A program made the translations under genes and the position numbers. Of a stretch of 64,000 nucleotides of DNA, positions 50,209 to 59,122 are shown one piece after another; position 1 is the stretch's first letter, and each line of letters starts with the position of its first letter. This DNA is from a virus (lineage: Duplodnaviria > Caudoviricetes). Location of the stretch: positions 1-64,000 of the IMG/VR virus record IMGVR_UViG_3300030376_001612; one strand, given 5' to 3'. A model generated the notes under the pieces. The model saw only the letters and a list, made by a program, of their open reading frames with translations. It was not told where the DNA came from and made no database searches.

Positions 50209-50490
50209 TTACCATTTTACTCTATTAGCCCAATATGCAGCTGACATTTTACCTTTAGCAATATTTTTAGCATGTCTTGCTTTAAAGCTTTTACGTCTAG
50301 CATTAGATTTGGAATCCTTTTTTTTACCTGCTGTACTAACACCTTGTTGTCCAAAGCGTATAGTTTTAACTTTGTCTCCTACCTTAGCTACCACAATATG
50401 TGACTTAGTTTTATGACCAGGAGTTCTTTTAGGTTTATTATAACCTGAAACACCTGCTCTTTTTAATCTTGAGTCTTTTTTTGCAGCCAT
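50209..50490 (-). CDS. Small very basic protein
   Basis: K/R-rich; IRFGQQG, RRKSFKARH, AAYWA. Confidence 0.7.
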   Translation of the reverse strand: MAAKKDSRLKRAGVSGYNKPKRTPGHKTKSHIVVAKVGDKVKTIRFGQQGVSTAGKKKDSKSNARRKSFKARHAKNIAKGKMSAAYWANRVKW

Positions 50491-50738
50491 TATTTACCTA
50501 CTTTTTTCTGTGCTATTTTATGTGATGCACCAAATGATTTACCTTTTTTCATTGCATCTACCATCATCTTAATATGTTTCTTAGTATGATGTACAGAATG
50601 TTTTTTAAGTGTAGTGGCTTGTCTGCTTGTAAGACCTTTTGTAGCTACTCCTTTAACAGATACTGGGCCACCCTTTTTATATAGTGACTTAGCCATAGGC
50701 TTTGCTGCTTTTGCTTTAGTTTTTTTCTTTAGTGCCAT
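50490..50738 (-). CDS. Small very basic protein
   Basis: HSVHHTKKHIKMM...FGASHKIAQKKVGK. Confidence 0.65.
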   Translation of the reverse strand: MALKKKTKAKAAKPMAKSLYKKGGPVSVKGVATKGLTSRQATTLKKHSVHHTKKHIKMMVDAMKKGKSFGASHKIAQKKVGK

Positions 50739-50740
50739 AT

Positions 50741-50983
50741 CTATCTTTTTTTACCTTTATGCAATCCATGCCTTGCATGTTGTTTACCTTTTTTAGTTGC
50801 AGCTCTTTTCTTTTTATTAGCAGCTGCTAGCTTAGATCTACCTTTCTTAGTAGACTTAAGTTTCTTTATTGTCTTTGACGGAGCATAAACTTCTCCAGTC
50901 TCTGAACTTTTTTTACCAGAGGGGGTTCTCCACTTTTGCTTTGTCCACCTTTTAAGACTCTTCTGTCTTTTTGTTAATCCCAT
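50741..50983 (-). CDS. Basic protein, DUF5872-like second half
   Basis: QKSLKRWTKQKWRT.SGK.S..TGE.Y.P. Confidence 0.6.
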   Translation of the reverse strand: MGLTKRQKSLKRWTKQKWRTPSGKKSSETGEVYAPSKTIKKLKSTKKGRSKLAAANKKKRAATKKGKQHARHGLHKGKKR

Positions 50984-51198
50984 TCTACGTCAAAATTTTT
51001 CTCTAAAGTTTCTAACTTATCTAAGGCATCACACAACACTTCAAATGCTTCATCTATATTCTTATAGAAGTCACCAGTAGAGTGATCTCCAATACCAACT
51101 GCATTATTACCTAGTAGTTCTAAACTTAAAAGCGCTTTAGCTTTATCAGCTTCAGCTTTGGTTTTTATATAAGTATATACTTCTTTAGATATATTCAT
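50974..51198 (-). CDS. Hypothetical protein
   Basis: AVGIGDHS motif. Confidence 0.6.
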   Translation of the reverse strand: MNISKEVYTYIKTKAEADKAKALLSLELLGNNAVGIGDHSTGDFYKNIDEAFEVLCDALDKLETLEKNFDVEWD

Positions 51199-51558
51199 TT
51201 ATTTTTTAAAATTTGTAAACTTAAATGTTTCTCCAGTAATAGCAAGCTTATCAATTACCTCTGTTTGAAGGTCTCTTAATAAGAGCTCTAATTTATCTTT
51301 TTCAATTACCATAGCTGAAACTCTATCCTCTAAGGCTTCATTTTTAGCTTTAAGTGCTTGTACTTCTTCAGGATTCTTACCTATAAAAGTATAGATAACA
51401 ACTGATAGTGAGCCAACAAGCATACCAACAATAACTTTAAATATATCATTATTAGTATCTGGTATTTCAAAGAAAGCTAAAAATAGTAAAAGACCCATTA
51501 CAAGTAAAAATACTGTAGCAGCTCCTAAATATCCTCTTAATTCTTTATCTTTTAACAT
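51199..51558 (-). CDS. Two-TM protein with coiled coil (holin-associated?)
   Basis: Two TMs then heptad region; start moved to ATG 51558. Confidence 0.55.
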   Translation of the reverse strand: MLKDKELRGYLGAATVFLLVMGLLLFLAFFEIPDTNNDIFKVIVGMLVGSLSVVIYTFIGKNPEEVQALKAKNEALEDRVSAMVIEKDKLELLLRDLQTEVIDKLAITGETFKFTNFKK

Positions 51559-51559
51559 G

Positions 51560-52024
51560 TTATTTATTTTTAATTGATTGAAATTTTTCTGCCCCACGGC
51601 TACCAAAATATGCTACATAAACAGTTACTAAAAGTGTCTGAAGCAAATCTACCCAACCGGTAGATACACTAAAGCTCCACTCAAAACTATCTAGTAAAAT
51701 TAATAAAACCATTGACAATGTCAAAAATATTAGACTCATAGGTCTAGTATTCTTGCTGAGCCAAGAATCAGACTTCATATCTGAATCCCAACGCTTACTT
51801 ACTTCTTGCATTTCTATCATGTCAAGTTCAAGCAGTTTCATTGCCTTTTCTTTATCTTCTGGTGGTAGAACAGTAGCTGGTTCTTTTGCAATCAGCCCTT
51901 TTACTACGCCTAATACTCCTGCGTCAGGCAGAACATCTCCAACAATACCTAGTATTCCAGGTACTTTGTCAGTTAAGAACTGTCCAACTTTAGTATCTTT
52001 AAATTTTTTCTTAGGTTTTGACAT
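51560..52024 (-). CDS. Holin (GTA 3TM-like)
   Basis: RW.SD..SDSWLSKNTRP, two TMs, YFGSRG.EK. Confidence 0.65.
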   Translation of the reverse strand: MSKPKKKFKDTKVGQFLTDKVPGILGIVGDVLPDAGVLGVVKGLIAKEPATVLPPEDKEKAMKLLELDMIEMQEVSKRWDSDMKSDSWLSKNTRPMSLIFLTLSMVLLILLDSFEWSFSVSTGWVDLLQTLLVTVYVAYFGSRGAEKFQSIKNK

Positions 52025-52221
52025 TATTTCTTTTTTCCTCTGTAACCTCCACCGGCAGCTTTATATCTTTTAGCTAGCATTTGAGCTTTACGTGCTGACC
52101 ATTGTCCTGGTCTTCCGCCTTTGCTTCCGGCTTTGATTGAATTAAACAATCTTTTACGCATTGTTGGCTTTGTGTAATTACCTGATGCGTTAACTGTACT
52201 TTTCTTTTTCTTTGCTGGCAT
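52024..52221 (-). CDS. Basic protein, DUF5872-like first half
   Basis: YTKPTMRKRL...GSKGGRPGQWSARKAQMLAKRYKAAGGGY. Confidence 0.65.
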   Translation of the reverse strand: MPAKKKKSTVNASGNYTKPTMRKRLFNSIKAGSKGGRPGQWSARKAQMLAKRYKAAGGGYRGKKK

Positions 52222-52232
52222 GACTTTTAATT

Positions 52233-52838
52233 TTATGTTACTTCTTCAGTAGTTAATACTCCTGTATCATTTACTATAATCTTCCAGATTTTATTATTAG
52301 GTGATTTTAATCTTACTTCAGTTGCATATTGAAAGTCTATAAGCTCACTATTGGCAGTGAATACACCGCCACTACCAGTAGCTTTAATAGATTTAAATTG
52401 CAATGTCTCACCATTCTTGCCAGCAAATAACCCTAATCCCGTACTTGTAGACAAGTTTGCTGCAGCGTTTGGTTCACCTGTAGTGGTGATGTCTATATAA
52501 TCACCGTTCTCTGTGATTGTAGTGTTAACTGATAGGGACTTGAGTTTACGCAAATTTACTGTGCATGTTTGCGGATCTGTGGTTGTAACGGTATCCTTGT
52601 ATACGCCAGCTGTATTGCCAACAACACTTGTAGGAACATTTACATAAGTACAAATCTGTGCAGGTATTTTTAAGTCCTTGAGTTTGATTACTTTAACAGC
52701 TTTGTATGGGATAGGAGATGCAATGCCTAACATGTCTGGTTGTTCATGAACACCTATAGCAATTACATCATTGTCTGCTGCGGAACTTGCATATTTGTCC
52801 TGCTTGATTAAACTAAGTATATCAGTTAATATATTCAT
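52233..52838 (-). CDS. Short virion fibre-like protein
   Basis: N-terminus related to 47002/48032; LKSPN.K.WKI.V.D.G.L C-terminus. Confidence 0.55.
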   Translation of the reverse strand: MNILTDILSLIKQDKYASSAADNDVIAIGVHEQPDMLGIASPIPYKAVKVIKLKDLKIPAQICTYVNVPTSVVGNTAGVYKDTVTTTDPQTCTVNLRKLKSLSVNTTITENGDYIDITTTGEPNAAANLSTSTGLGLFAGKNGETLQFKSIKATGSGGVFTANSELIDFQYATEVRLKSPNNKIWKIIVNDTGVLTTEEVT

Positions 52839-52900
52839 AGTAAATTATTTTCCAGAATAAGTGCGTGCTTGAGTCTGCCCACCTATCTGGTATTTATTTT

Positions 52901-53173
52901 TTACTTTTTTTTTTTACCTTTTTTCTTTTTGACTGAACCACCATAACCATACTCATAGTCTCCGCCTTTTCCCATTTTCATGAGATCTTCATTCATTACG
53001 GCTCCTGTCCCACCCATCTGCATTTTCATTTCAACTAAGTCTGGATTGCTTGGTCCGCCCGTTTGCATTCCTGGAAGAATTTTTTCTACTGGTCCGCCTG
53101 CTTGTTTGTAGCCCATGCTTTTAAGTTTGTCAAATAAAGCTTGTGCTGCTTTTGGATTTTTAGTTCCTGGCAT
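52901..53173 (-). CDS. Small protein with repeated xxxGG motifs (possible -1 extension to 52845)
   Basis: YKQAGG, MQTGG, MQMGG, MGKGG, YGYGG. Confidence 0.65.
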   Translation of the reverse strand: MPGTKNPKAAQALFDKLKSMGYKQAGGPVEKILPGMQTGGPSNPDLVEMKMQMGGTGAVMNEDLMKMGKGGDYEYGYGGSVKKKKGKKKK

Positions 53174-53202
53174 AATTTCTAATTTTTAATTGTTATACAT
53201 AT

Positions 53203-53337
53203 TTATCTACCTTGACCTCTATACGCTTTAAAATATAGTTTGCTTCCTTTAGATTTAGACTGTTTAGTCTTACTATGGATGCCCGGTCTTTTCTTTTTAC
53301 TAGGCTTAACGTATGGTTTGTAAATTACCTTAGCCAT
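53203..53337 (-). CDS. Very basic 44-aa protein
   Basis: Own translation MAKVIYKPYVKPSKKKRPGIHSKTKQSKSKGSKLYFKAYRGQGR. Confidence 0.6.
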   Translation of the reverse strand: MAKVIYKPYVKPSKKKRPGIHSKTKQSKSKGSKLYFKAYRGQGR

Positions 53338-53581
53338 TTTTCTTTGGTCTACCTCTACGCTTTTTACCTGTAACGGCATCATCTAGATCACCTATCTGAT
53401 TGCCTACCTCTTTAATGGCATCTGCTACGTCTGCAAGTTCTTGTGCAGTAAGCTTATACCTTTTCTTTATTTCTTTAACAGTGGCTACTGCTTTTTCATC
53501 TATGTCAGTTTTTGACCATACCCAGTTCCACCCTTTTTTCAAAGAGAAGTTCCATATGCCACTCATGATTTTCTTAAACAT
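53330..53581 (-). CDS. Hypothetical protein with AT-hook-like tail
   Basis: KKRRGRPKK C-terminus. Confidence 0.6.
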   Translation of the reverse strand: MFKKIMSGIWNFSLKKGWNWVWSKTDIDEKAVATVKEIKKRYKLTAQELADVADAIKEVGNQIGDLDDAVTGKKRRGRPKKNG

Positions 53582-53609
53582 AATTAAATTGTTTATTGGT
53601 TATATAATT

Positions 53610-53685
53610 AATATACAAAAATTATGTCGTTATTACAATTAACAGTATATTTGTTTAGGCTTTGCCCTTTATTTAATATACAAAA
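53610..53685. promoter_or_regulatory. Divergent promoter region
   Basis: TTTTGTATATT on minus (53610-53620, 53675-53685), TATATTTG on plus (53646-53653). Confidence 0.55.
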
Positions 53686-53698
53686 AAACCAAAATTAA

Positions 53699-53893
53699 AT
53701 GAACACAATTTCTAAAAATGAAAACAGACTAGGAGTACATTGTAATGTGCTACCTACAGAAACCCTATTAGGGTTCAAAACAATCAATTGTACTATCAAA
53801 TGTGAAGATGAAAAATTCAGACCTTTCTATGGTTTAGAAATAGGATTTTTATTTTTCACAATACAGATTACATATGTTGATTGGAAAGTGTAG
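53699..53893 (+). CDS. Small hypothetical protein
   Basis: ORF track. Confidence 0.5.
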   Translation: MNTISKNENRLGVHCNVLPTETLLGFKTINCTIKCEDEKFRPFYGLEIGFLFFTIQITYVDWKV

Positions 53894-54007
53894 AAAAAAT
53901 TTGTAAGGCATAATTTATTTTTATAAATTATATTAGTGAATAGTCCAGAAGTATGTAGTATTCTAACTGCATGCTTCTTTTTGTCTACATCCCTTAAACT
54001 TAATATT

Positions 54008-54988
54008 ATGAATGGAAACATCTTTAAACCTAGAACAAATATACTGCCTTATGAATACCCTCAACTATTAGCATATAAAGATGCTATTAGACACTCCTAT
54101 TGGATTGATACAGAATTTAATTTTACTGAAGACATACAGGACTTTAAAGTAAATATTAATGATCAAGAACGTGAAGTTATTAAAAAAACCATGTTAGCAA
54201 TAGCACAGATAGAAGTTAATGTAAAAACTTTTTGGGGTGACTTATATAAAAGAATGCCTATTACAGAAATAGGTGACGTAGGATTTACATTTGCAGAGTC
54301 AGAAGTAAGACACAAAGATGCATATGCAAGACTGCTTAGAATCCTAGGATTAGAAAATGAATTTAAAAATGTGGTAGAAATACCAGCTATAGAGGGAAGA
54401 ATTAAGTACCTAAAAAAATACTTAGATGGTACAAGATCTAGAGATGACAAGATGTATACTAAGTCTGTACTGTTATTCTCTTTATTTATAGAGCACGTTA
54501 GTTTGTTTAGCCAGTTTCTTATCATGATGTCTTTTAATAAAGAAAAGAGTATACTTAAAGGCATATCAAATGTAGTTGAAGCAACTAGTAAAGAAGAAGA
54601 CATACACGGTAACTTTGGTGCTGAGATTATTAATATTATTAAAAAAGAAAATCCAGAGTGGTTTGATGAAGAGTTTCAGAATCTTATACATTCAGCATGC
54701 AGAAAAGCATACACAGCAGAGTGTGGTATCTTAGACTGGATCTTTGAATCAGGAGAACTAAACTTTCTACCCAAAGATGTAATTAAAAACTTTATCAAAA
54801 ATAGATTTAACAATTCACTCAAGAAAATAGGAATGCCTGCTTTGTTTGATATAGATAGAGAAATGCTACAACATACAAAATGGTTTGAGGTAGAAATGAA
54901 ATCTACAAAAGAAGGTGACTTTTTCTATAAGAAGCAAATTGATTACAATAAGAAAAGTAAGAGTATAACAGTAAATGATTTATTCTAA
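54008..54988 (+). CDS. nrdB: Ribonucleotide reductase beta subunit
   Basis: QIEVNVK, ESEVRHKDAY, IEHVSLFSQF, EEDIH; start moved to ATG 54008. Confidence 0.9.
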   Translation: MNGNIFKPRTNILPYEYPQLLAYKDAIRHSYWIDTEFNFTEDIQDFKVNINDQEREVIKKTMLAIAQIEVNVKTFWGDLYKRMPITEIGDVGFTFAESEVRHKDAYARLLRILGLENEFKNVVEIPAIEGRIKYLKKYLDGTRSRDDKMYTKSVLLFSLFIEHVSLFSQFLIMMSFNKEKSILKGISNVVEATSKEEDIHGNFGAEIINIIKKENPEWFDEEFQNLIHSACRKAYTAECGILDWIFESGELNFLPKDVIKNFIKNRFNNSLKKIGMPALFDIDREMLQHTKWFEVEMKSTKEGDFFYKKQIDYNKKSKSITVNDLF

Positions 54989-54990
54989 AA

Positions 54991-55131
54991 ATGAAAGATC
55001 AACAACAAAACGGAAACACCCAGTTAAATCTTGAAAGAAATAATCATAATGATAGAGTTAATAGAAAAAAATTTCTAGGATCAACTCCAAGAGTATATTG
55101 GAATAATTCAAGAAGATTTAGAACAATTTAA
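54991..55131 (+). CDS. Small basic protein between nrdB and nrdA (46 aa)
   Basis: Own translation MKDQQQNGNTQLNLERN...WNNSRRFRTI. Confidence 0.5.
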   Translation: MKDQQQNGNTQLNLERNNHNDRVNRKKFLGSTPRVYWNNSRRFRTI

Positions 55132-55141
55132 ATAAACCAAC

Positions 55142-56767
55142 ATGGAATACAGCAAATACTATTGGCTTAATGAAGACAGCCGCAAGTTTTTATCAAGAGG
55201 ATATATAACAGAATCACCAGAACAAAGAATAAAAGATATAGCTAATACTGCAGAAAAGTATTTACATATGCCAGGCTTTGCTCAGAAGTTTGAGCATTAT
55301 ATGTCTTTGGGATATTATAGTTTATCTACACCTGTATGGATTAACTTTGGTAAACAAAAAGGATTACCTATAAGTTGTTATGGATCTAACATAGATGATA
55401 ATTTAGATAGTATACTTAATGCTGGAAGAGAGGTTGGTATGATGTCTAAGTATGGAGGAGGGACTAGTGTATTTTTAGGAAACATTAGACCTAGAGGTTC
55501 TGAAATATCCACAGGAGGTTTAGCTGATGGGCCTGTACACTATGCCAAGATATATGATACTGTAGTAGATGTGTGTAAACAATCTGAGGCAAGACGTGGT
55601 GCTTGTGCAGCATACTTACCCATTGAACATCCAGATGCCGCAGACTTCCTAGATATTGGAACTGAGGGAAATCCAATACAAAACTTACAGTATGGTATAA
55701 CAGTCACTGATAAATGGCTCAATGAGATGAAGGAAGGTGATTTAGATAAACGTGCACTATGGGCTAAAGTAATTCAAAGAAGAAATGAATTTGGATTCCC
55801 ATACATAATGTTTAAAGATAACTCTAATAACAACAGCCCATACAAAGAACTAGGCATGGAGATCACAGCATCAAATTTATGTTCTGAAATACAATTGCCT
55901 ACTGATAGTTACAGTTCTTTTGTATGTTGTTTAGGTTCTATAAATCTATTGCATTGGGATGATATAATTAAAACGGATGCTGTAGAAACTTATGTATTCT
56001 TTTTAAATGCAGTAATGAATGAGTTTATTGCAAAAGCAGAAGTTAAAGCAGGACTCAAAAGAGCTTATAACTTTGCTAAAAAACATAGAGCTATAGGATT
56101 AGGTGTATTAGGATACCACAGTTTACTCCAATCTAAACTTATAGAGTTTGAATCAATGGAGGCTAAAGGTTTAAACAACCAGATATTTAAATATTTAAAT
56201 GAAGCTTCTGAGTCAGCATCTAGATACTTAGCACAAGAGAAAGGTTATGAATGTATTAGAGAAGGATATGCTAATACTACGCTTATGGCCATAGCACCCA
56301 CTAAATCAAGCAGTTTCATACATGGTGCTGTATCTATGGGTATTGAGCCAATCAAATCTAATTACTTTATAAAAGATTTAGCTAAATCCAAAACTATTTA
56401 TAAGAATCCTTTCCTAAAAGAAGAGCTTATAAAATATGATATGGATAATGATAATACTTGGGACAGTATACTAAAGAAAGATGGATCAGTACAACACTTA
56501 GACTTTCCTTCTAAAGGAGTTTTCAAGTCATTCATAGAAATTTCACCCAAAGAAATTATTATACAAGCAGCTCAAAGACAGAAATATTTAGATCAATCAC
56601 AGTCATTAAACCTTATGATACACCCTAGTGTACCTGCAAAAGACTTAAATAAACTGTATCTAAGTGCTTGGGAACTAGGGGTTAAGACACTATACTATCA
56701 GTTCAGTCAGAGCTCAGCACAAGCATTCTCTAGAAATATTTTAGAATGTGCAAGTTGTGAGGGATAA
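55142..56767 (+). CDS. nrdA: Ribonucleotide reductase alpha subunit, no ATP cone
   Basis: PISC, RRGA, SNLCSEI, AIAPT, KTLYY, C-terminal CASC. Confidence 0.92.
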   Translation: MEYSKYYWLNEDSRKFLSRGYITESPEQRIKDIANTAEKYLHMPGFAQKFEHYMSLGYYSLSTPVWINFGKQKGLPISCYGSNIDDNLDSILNAGREVGMMSKYGGGTSVFLGNIRPRGSEISTGGLADGPVHYAKIYDTVVDVCKQSEARRGACAAYLPIEHPDAADFLDIGTEGNPIQNLQYGITVTDKWLNEMKEGDLDKRALWAKVIQRRNEFGFPYIMFKDNSNNNSPYKELGMEITASNLCSEIQLPTDSYSSFVCCLGSINLLHWDDIIKTDAVETYVFFLNAVMNEFIAKAEVKAGLKRAYNFAKKHRAIGLGVLGYHSLLQSKLIEFESMEAKGLNNQIFKYLNEASESASRYLAQEKGYECIREGYANTTLMAIAPTKSSSFIHGAVSMGIEPIKSNYFIKDLAKSKTIYKNPFLKEELIKYDMDNDNTWDSILKKDGSVQHLDFPSKGVFKSFIEISPKEIIIQAAQRQKYLDQSQSLNLMIHPSVPAKDLNKLYLSAWELGVKTLYYQFSQSSAQAFSRNILECASCEG

Positions 56768-56769
56768 AT

Positions 56770-56801
56770 TTTGTTAATTTAAACACTTCTTCGTATATTA
56801 T
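56770..56801 (+). promoter_or_regulatory. Bacteroidota-type promoter (TTTG-N20-TATATTAT)
   Basis: -33/-7 variant upstream of exported-protein operon. Confidence 0.5.
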
Positions 56802-56859
56802 ATTATAAACCAACATGAATAAACCAATCTTAAGTTAAACCTATTTTTAACTCTAAGGA

Positions 56860-57189
56860 TTGAAAGCAATTATATTTTTAATTTTATTTATGATGGTCTC
56901 TAATTTAAATGCCCAAATAGCAGAGGACAAAAAGAAACACTTTATAGCAGGTGCTACAATAAGTGGACTAACTTATTCTCTTGCAAAAGAAAAACTGGGT
57001 GATCCAAATAAAGCTTTGTTATGTAGTATAGGAGCTGGCATTCTTGCTGGTATTGCAAAAGAAACATTAGATAGCAGACAATCAGGTAATACCTTTGATG
57101 GTGAAGACCTTCTTGCAACTACACTAGGTAGTATTTCAATTTCTTTGACTATTAATTTGTTTGACAAAAAAATAAAAAACAAAAAATAA
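56860..57189 (+). CDS. YfiM-like membrane protein
   Basis: DKKKHFIAG, GIAKE..D, DLLAT.LG. Confidence 0.65.
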   Translation: MKAIIFLILFMMVSNLNAQIAEDKKKHFIAGATISGLTYSLAKEKLGDPNKALLCSIGAGILAGIAKETLDSRQSGNTFDGEDLLATTLGSISISLTINLFDKKIKNKK

Positions 57190-57190
57190 T

Positions 57191-58417
57191 ATGAAAAAGA
57201 CACTACTACTTTTAGTAACATTATTATTTGCCTTCTCATCTACAGCTCAAGAGAAAGAAAAAGGTAAATTCTTCAAGTCATTGTACAAAGACTTTTTAAA
57301 GTACGGAACTGTTTATGCAGCAGGGGACATCAGAAGCCCATATGAATCAGAAAGAAGAGACTACTTTGTAGAGAGACCAGCAGATGGTGATCTCTATGCT
57401 ATACCACGTGTAATTGATGTAACAGAATATTTTGATTTTGATTACAGATGGAGCGTTGGTATCAGAAAATTGGCCCGTTTTAGTTATGAAAGAAAGCCAA
57501 GAAACTGGTATGATGGTACAGAACAACAACTTGCATTTACTGCACCTAGCTCAGCATTAACTGGATTAGAGTATCAATTTGATATTGGTAAAGAAAGAAA
57601 CAGAGGAGAAATATTTGATAACCATAGATTCTTTGTTAAGTGGACAGGTAAATATCATATCATAAAAGCTGAGTCAAGACAAGTTGGAAAAATAAATTTA
57701 GACTACAAGTCTGCAGAAGTAAGAGCAAGACTTCCTATTGGTAAAAAGTTTAGTATATCAGCCGGTGCAATCTTCCGTACTCATGAGCGTGCTTATGGAT
57801 ATAATCCAATTGAAATTTGGCTAAATGAAACAGAGACTTGGACTAACCCTACTACAGGAGAGGTAATAGAATACCCTGCAAATCCTTGGTACGCATTAGG
57901 ATTTGAATATGGATACAGTGATCACTACACTACTTATACTGACGTTAATACTGGAGATGTAATTAATGACTGGATATGGAGAGATGAAGATGGAAACATA
58001 GTGGCATATTCAGATTTAGATTTCAGAAATACAGTGTTTAGAGATCTTATTAATAGATATAACAATGAACAATGGGATCTTATTGATGCATTTGCAGAGG
58101 TAGCTCCTATTGTAGGATTTGATTATTATCATTATCAAAATAACTTCTGGCTTCATGCATATGCAAACTATATATTACCTTATCACAAATATGTCAAAGG
58201 TGATGTAGACTTTAGTTATTTAAACAGAAATAACTGGGGAAAAGGTGGATTGATTCAAGATGCTGAACTAGAGCAGTGGGATGATTATTCTGCTGGTGTA
58301 AACTTTGGTTGGAAACTAAGTAAACAACTAGGTGTTTTCTTTGAAGGTGAATATACAAAATTATGGGATAGTGAATTATTCCAAGGCAGTGTAGGACTTA
58401 ATTTTTCATTTAAATAA
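57191..58417 (+). CDS. Putative outer-membrane beta-barrel protein
   Basis: Sec signal, amphipathic strands, terminal GSVGLNFSFK. Confidence 0.65.
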   Translation: MKKTLLLLVTLLFAFSSTAQEKEKGKFFKSLYKDFLKYGTVYAAGDIRSPYESERRDYFVERPADGDLYAIPRVIDVTEYFDFDYRWSVGIRKLARFSYERKPRNWYDGTEQQLAFTAPSSALTGLEYQFDIGKERNRGEIFDNHRFFVKWTGKYHIIKAESRQVGKINLDYKSAEVRARLPIGKKFSISAGAIFRTHERAYGYNPIEIWLNETETWTNPTTGEVIEYPANPWYALGFEYGYSDHYTTYTDVNTGDVINDWIWRDEDGNIVAYSDLDFRNTVFRDLINRYNNEQWDLIDAFAEVAPIVGFDYYHYQNNFWLHAYANYILPYHKYVKGDVDFSYLNRNNWGKGGLIQDAELEQWDDYSAGVNFGWKLSKQLGVFFEGEYTKLWDSELFQGSVGLNFSFK

Positions 58418-58428
58418 AAATAAAAACT

Positions 58429-58710
58429 ATGGCTAAACAAATCGGAGAAGATACTAAAGTCACATTAGACTTAAAAACAATAGGAATGATAGTAGCATTT
58501 GTTATTACTCTAGCAGGAATGTGGTTTACATTACAAGCAGATATTGCTCATGCAGCAACTCAACCAGAACCACCTATTGATAGAATAGAATATGATCTTA
58601 AGGATGAGCTTATAAGACAAACAATAATGGATACACAGGAAGATGTTGAAATGATTCTAGAAAAGATTGAAAAGATGGAAGAGCGCATGTATGACCTGTC
58701 CAAAAAATAG
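58429..58710 (+). CDS. Single-TM coiled-coil protein
   Basis: TM then heptad tail. Confidence 0.6.
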   Translation: MAKQIGEDTKVTLDLKTIGMIVAFVITLAGMWFTLQADIAHAATQPEPPIDRIEYDLKDELIRQTIMDTQEDVEMILEKIEKMEERMYDLSKK

Positions 58711-58716
58711 TTACAT

Positions 58717-59112
58717 ATGAAAAAACTACTATTAGTTTTAATGCTTACAATTCCTTGTTTAGGATTTAGTCAAGAGTGGGCAGATGATACAAATATAGAA
58801 GATATAATAACTGGTAAAAGTGCTTTTGGTGATGATGAACCTTTAGTTATTGTTGAATTTTATGCAGAATTTAATGATGCTAATGCCTTTGCTGACTGGA
58901 AAAATGTTGACATACCTTATTATAGAGTTGATATAGCTAAAGCACCTGTAGCCAAAAAGAAATACAGGGTCCGTATGGCACCCACTATAATTCTTTTTAA
59001 TGAAGGATTCAAGGAGATAACCTGGAAAGCAGGATTAGATTTAGAGTGTCCTGTAACATTAGATGAAATAAAAGAAGCAATACAAGAAGCTAGTCAAGCA
59101 TCACAATTTTAA
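58717..59112 (+). CDS. Exported thioredoxin-fold protein lacking CXXC
   Basis: Signal peptide; VIVEFYAEFN, YRVRMAPTIILFNEG. Confidence 0.65.
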   Translation: MKKLLLVLMLTIPCLGFSQEWADDTNIEDIITGKSAFGDDEPLVIVEFYAEFNDANAFADWKNVDIPYYRVDIAKAPVAKKKYRVRMAPTIILFNEGFKEITWKAGLDLECPVTLDEIKEAIQEASQASQF

Positions 59113-59122
59113 ATTTACAATC

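Noticed and set aside
53936-54007. GTG start for nrdB; likewise long starts at 17803 and 51606
   Set aside because: Downstream ATGs (54008, 17713, 51558) have A-rich leaders and match domain starts
8401-56767. Inteins or group I introns in TerL, portal, PolB, DnaB or RNR
   Set aside because: Sizes are normal, frames uninterrupted, no splice-junction or homing-endonuclease motifs seen
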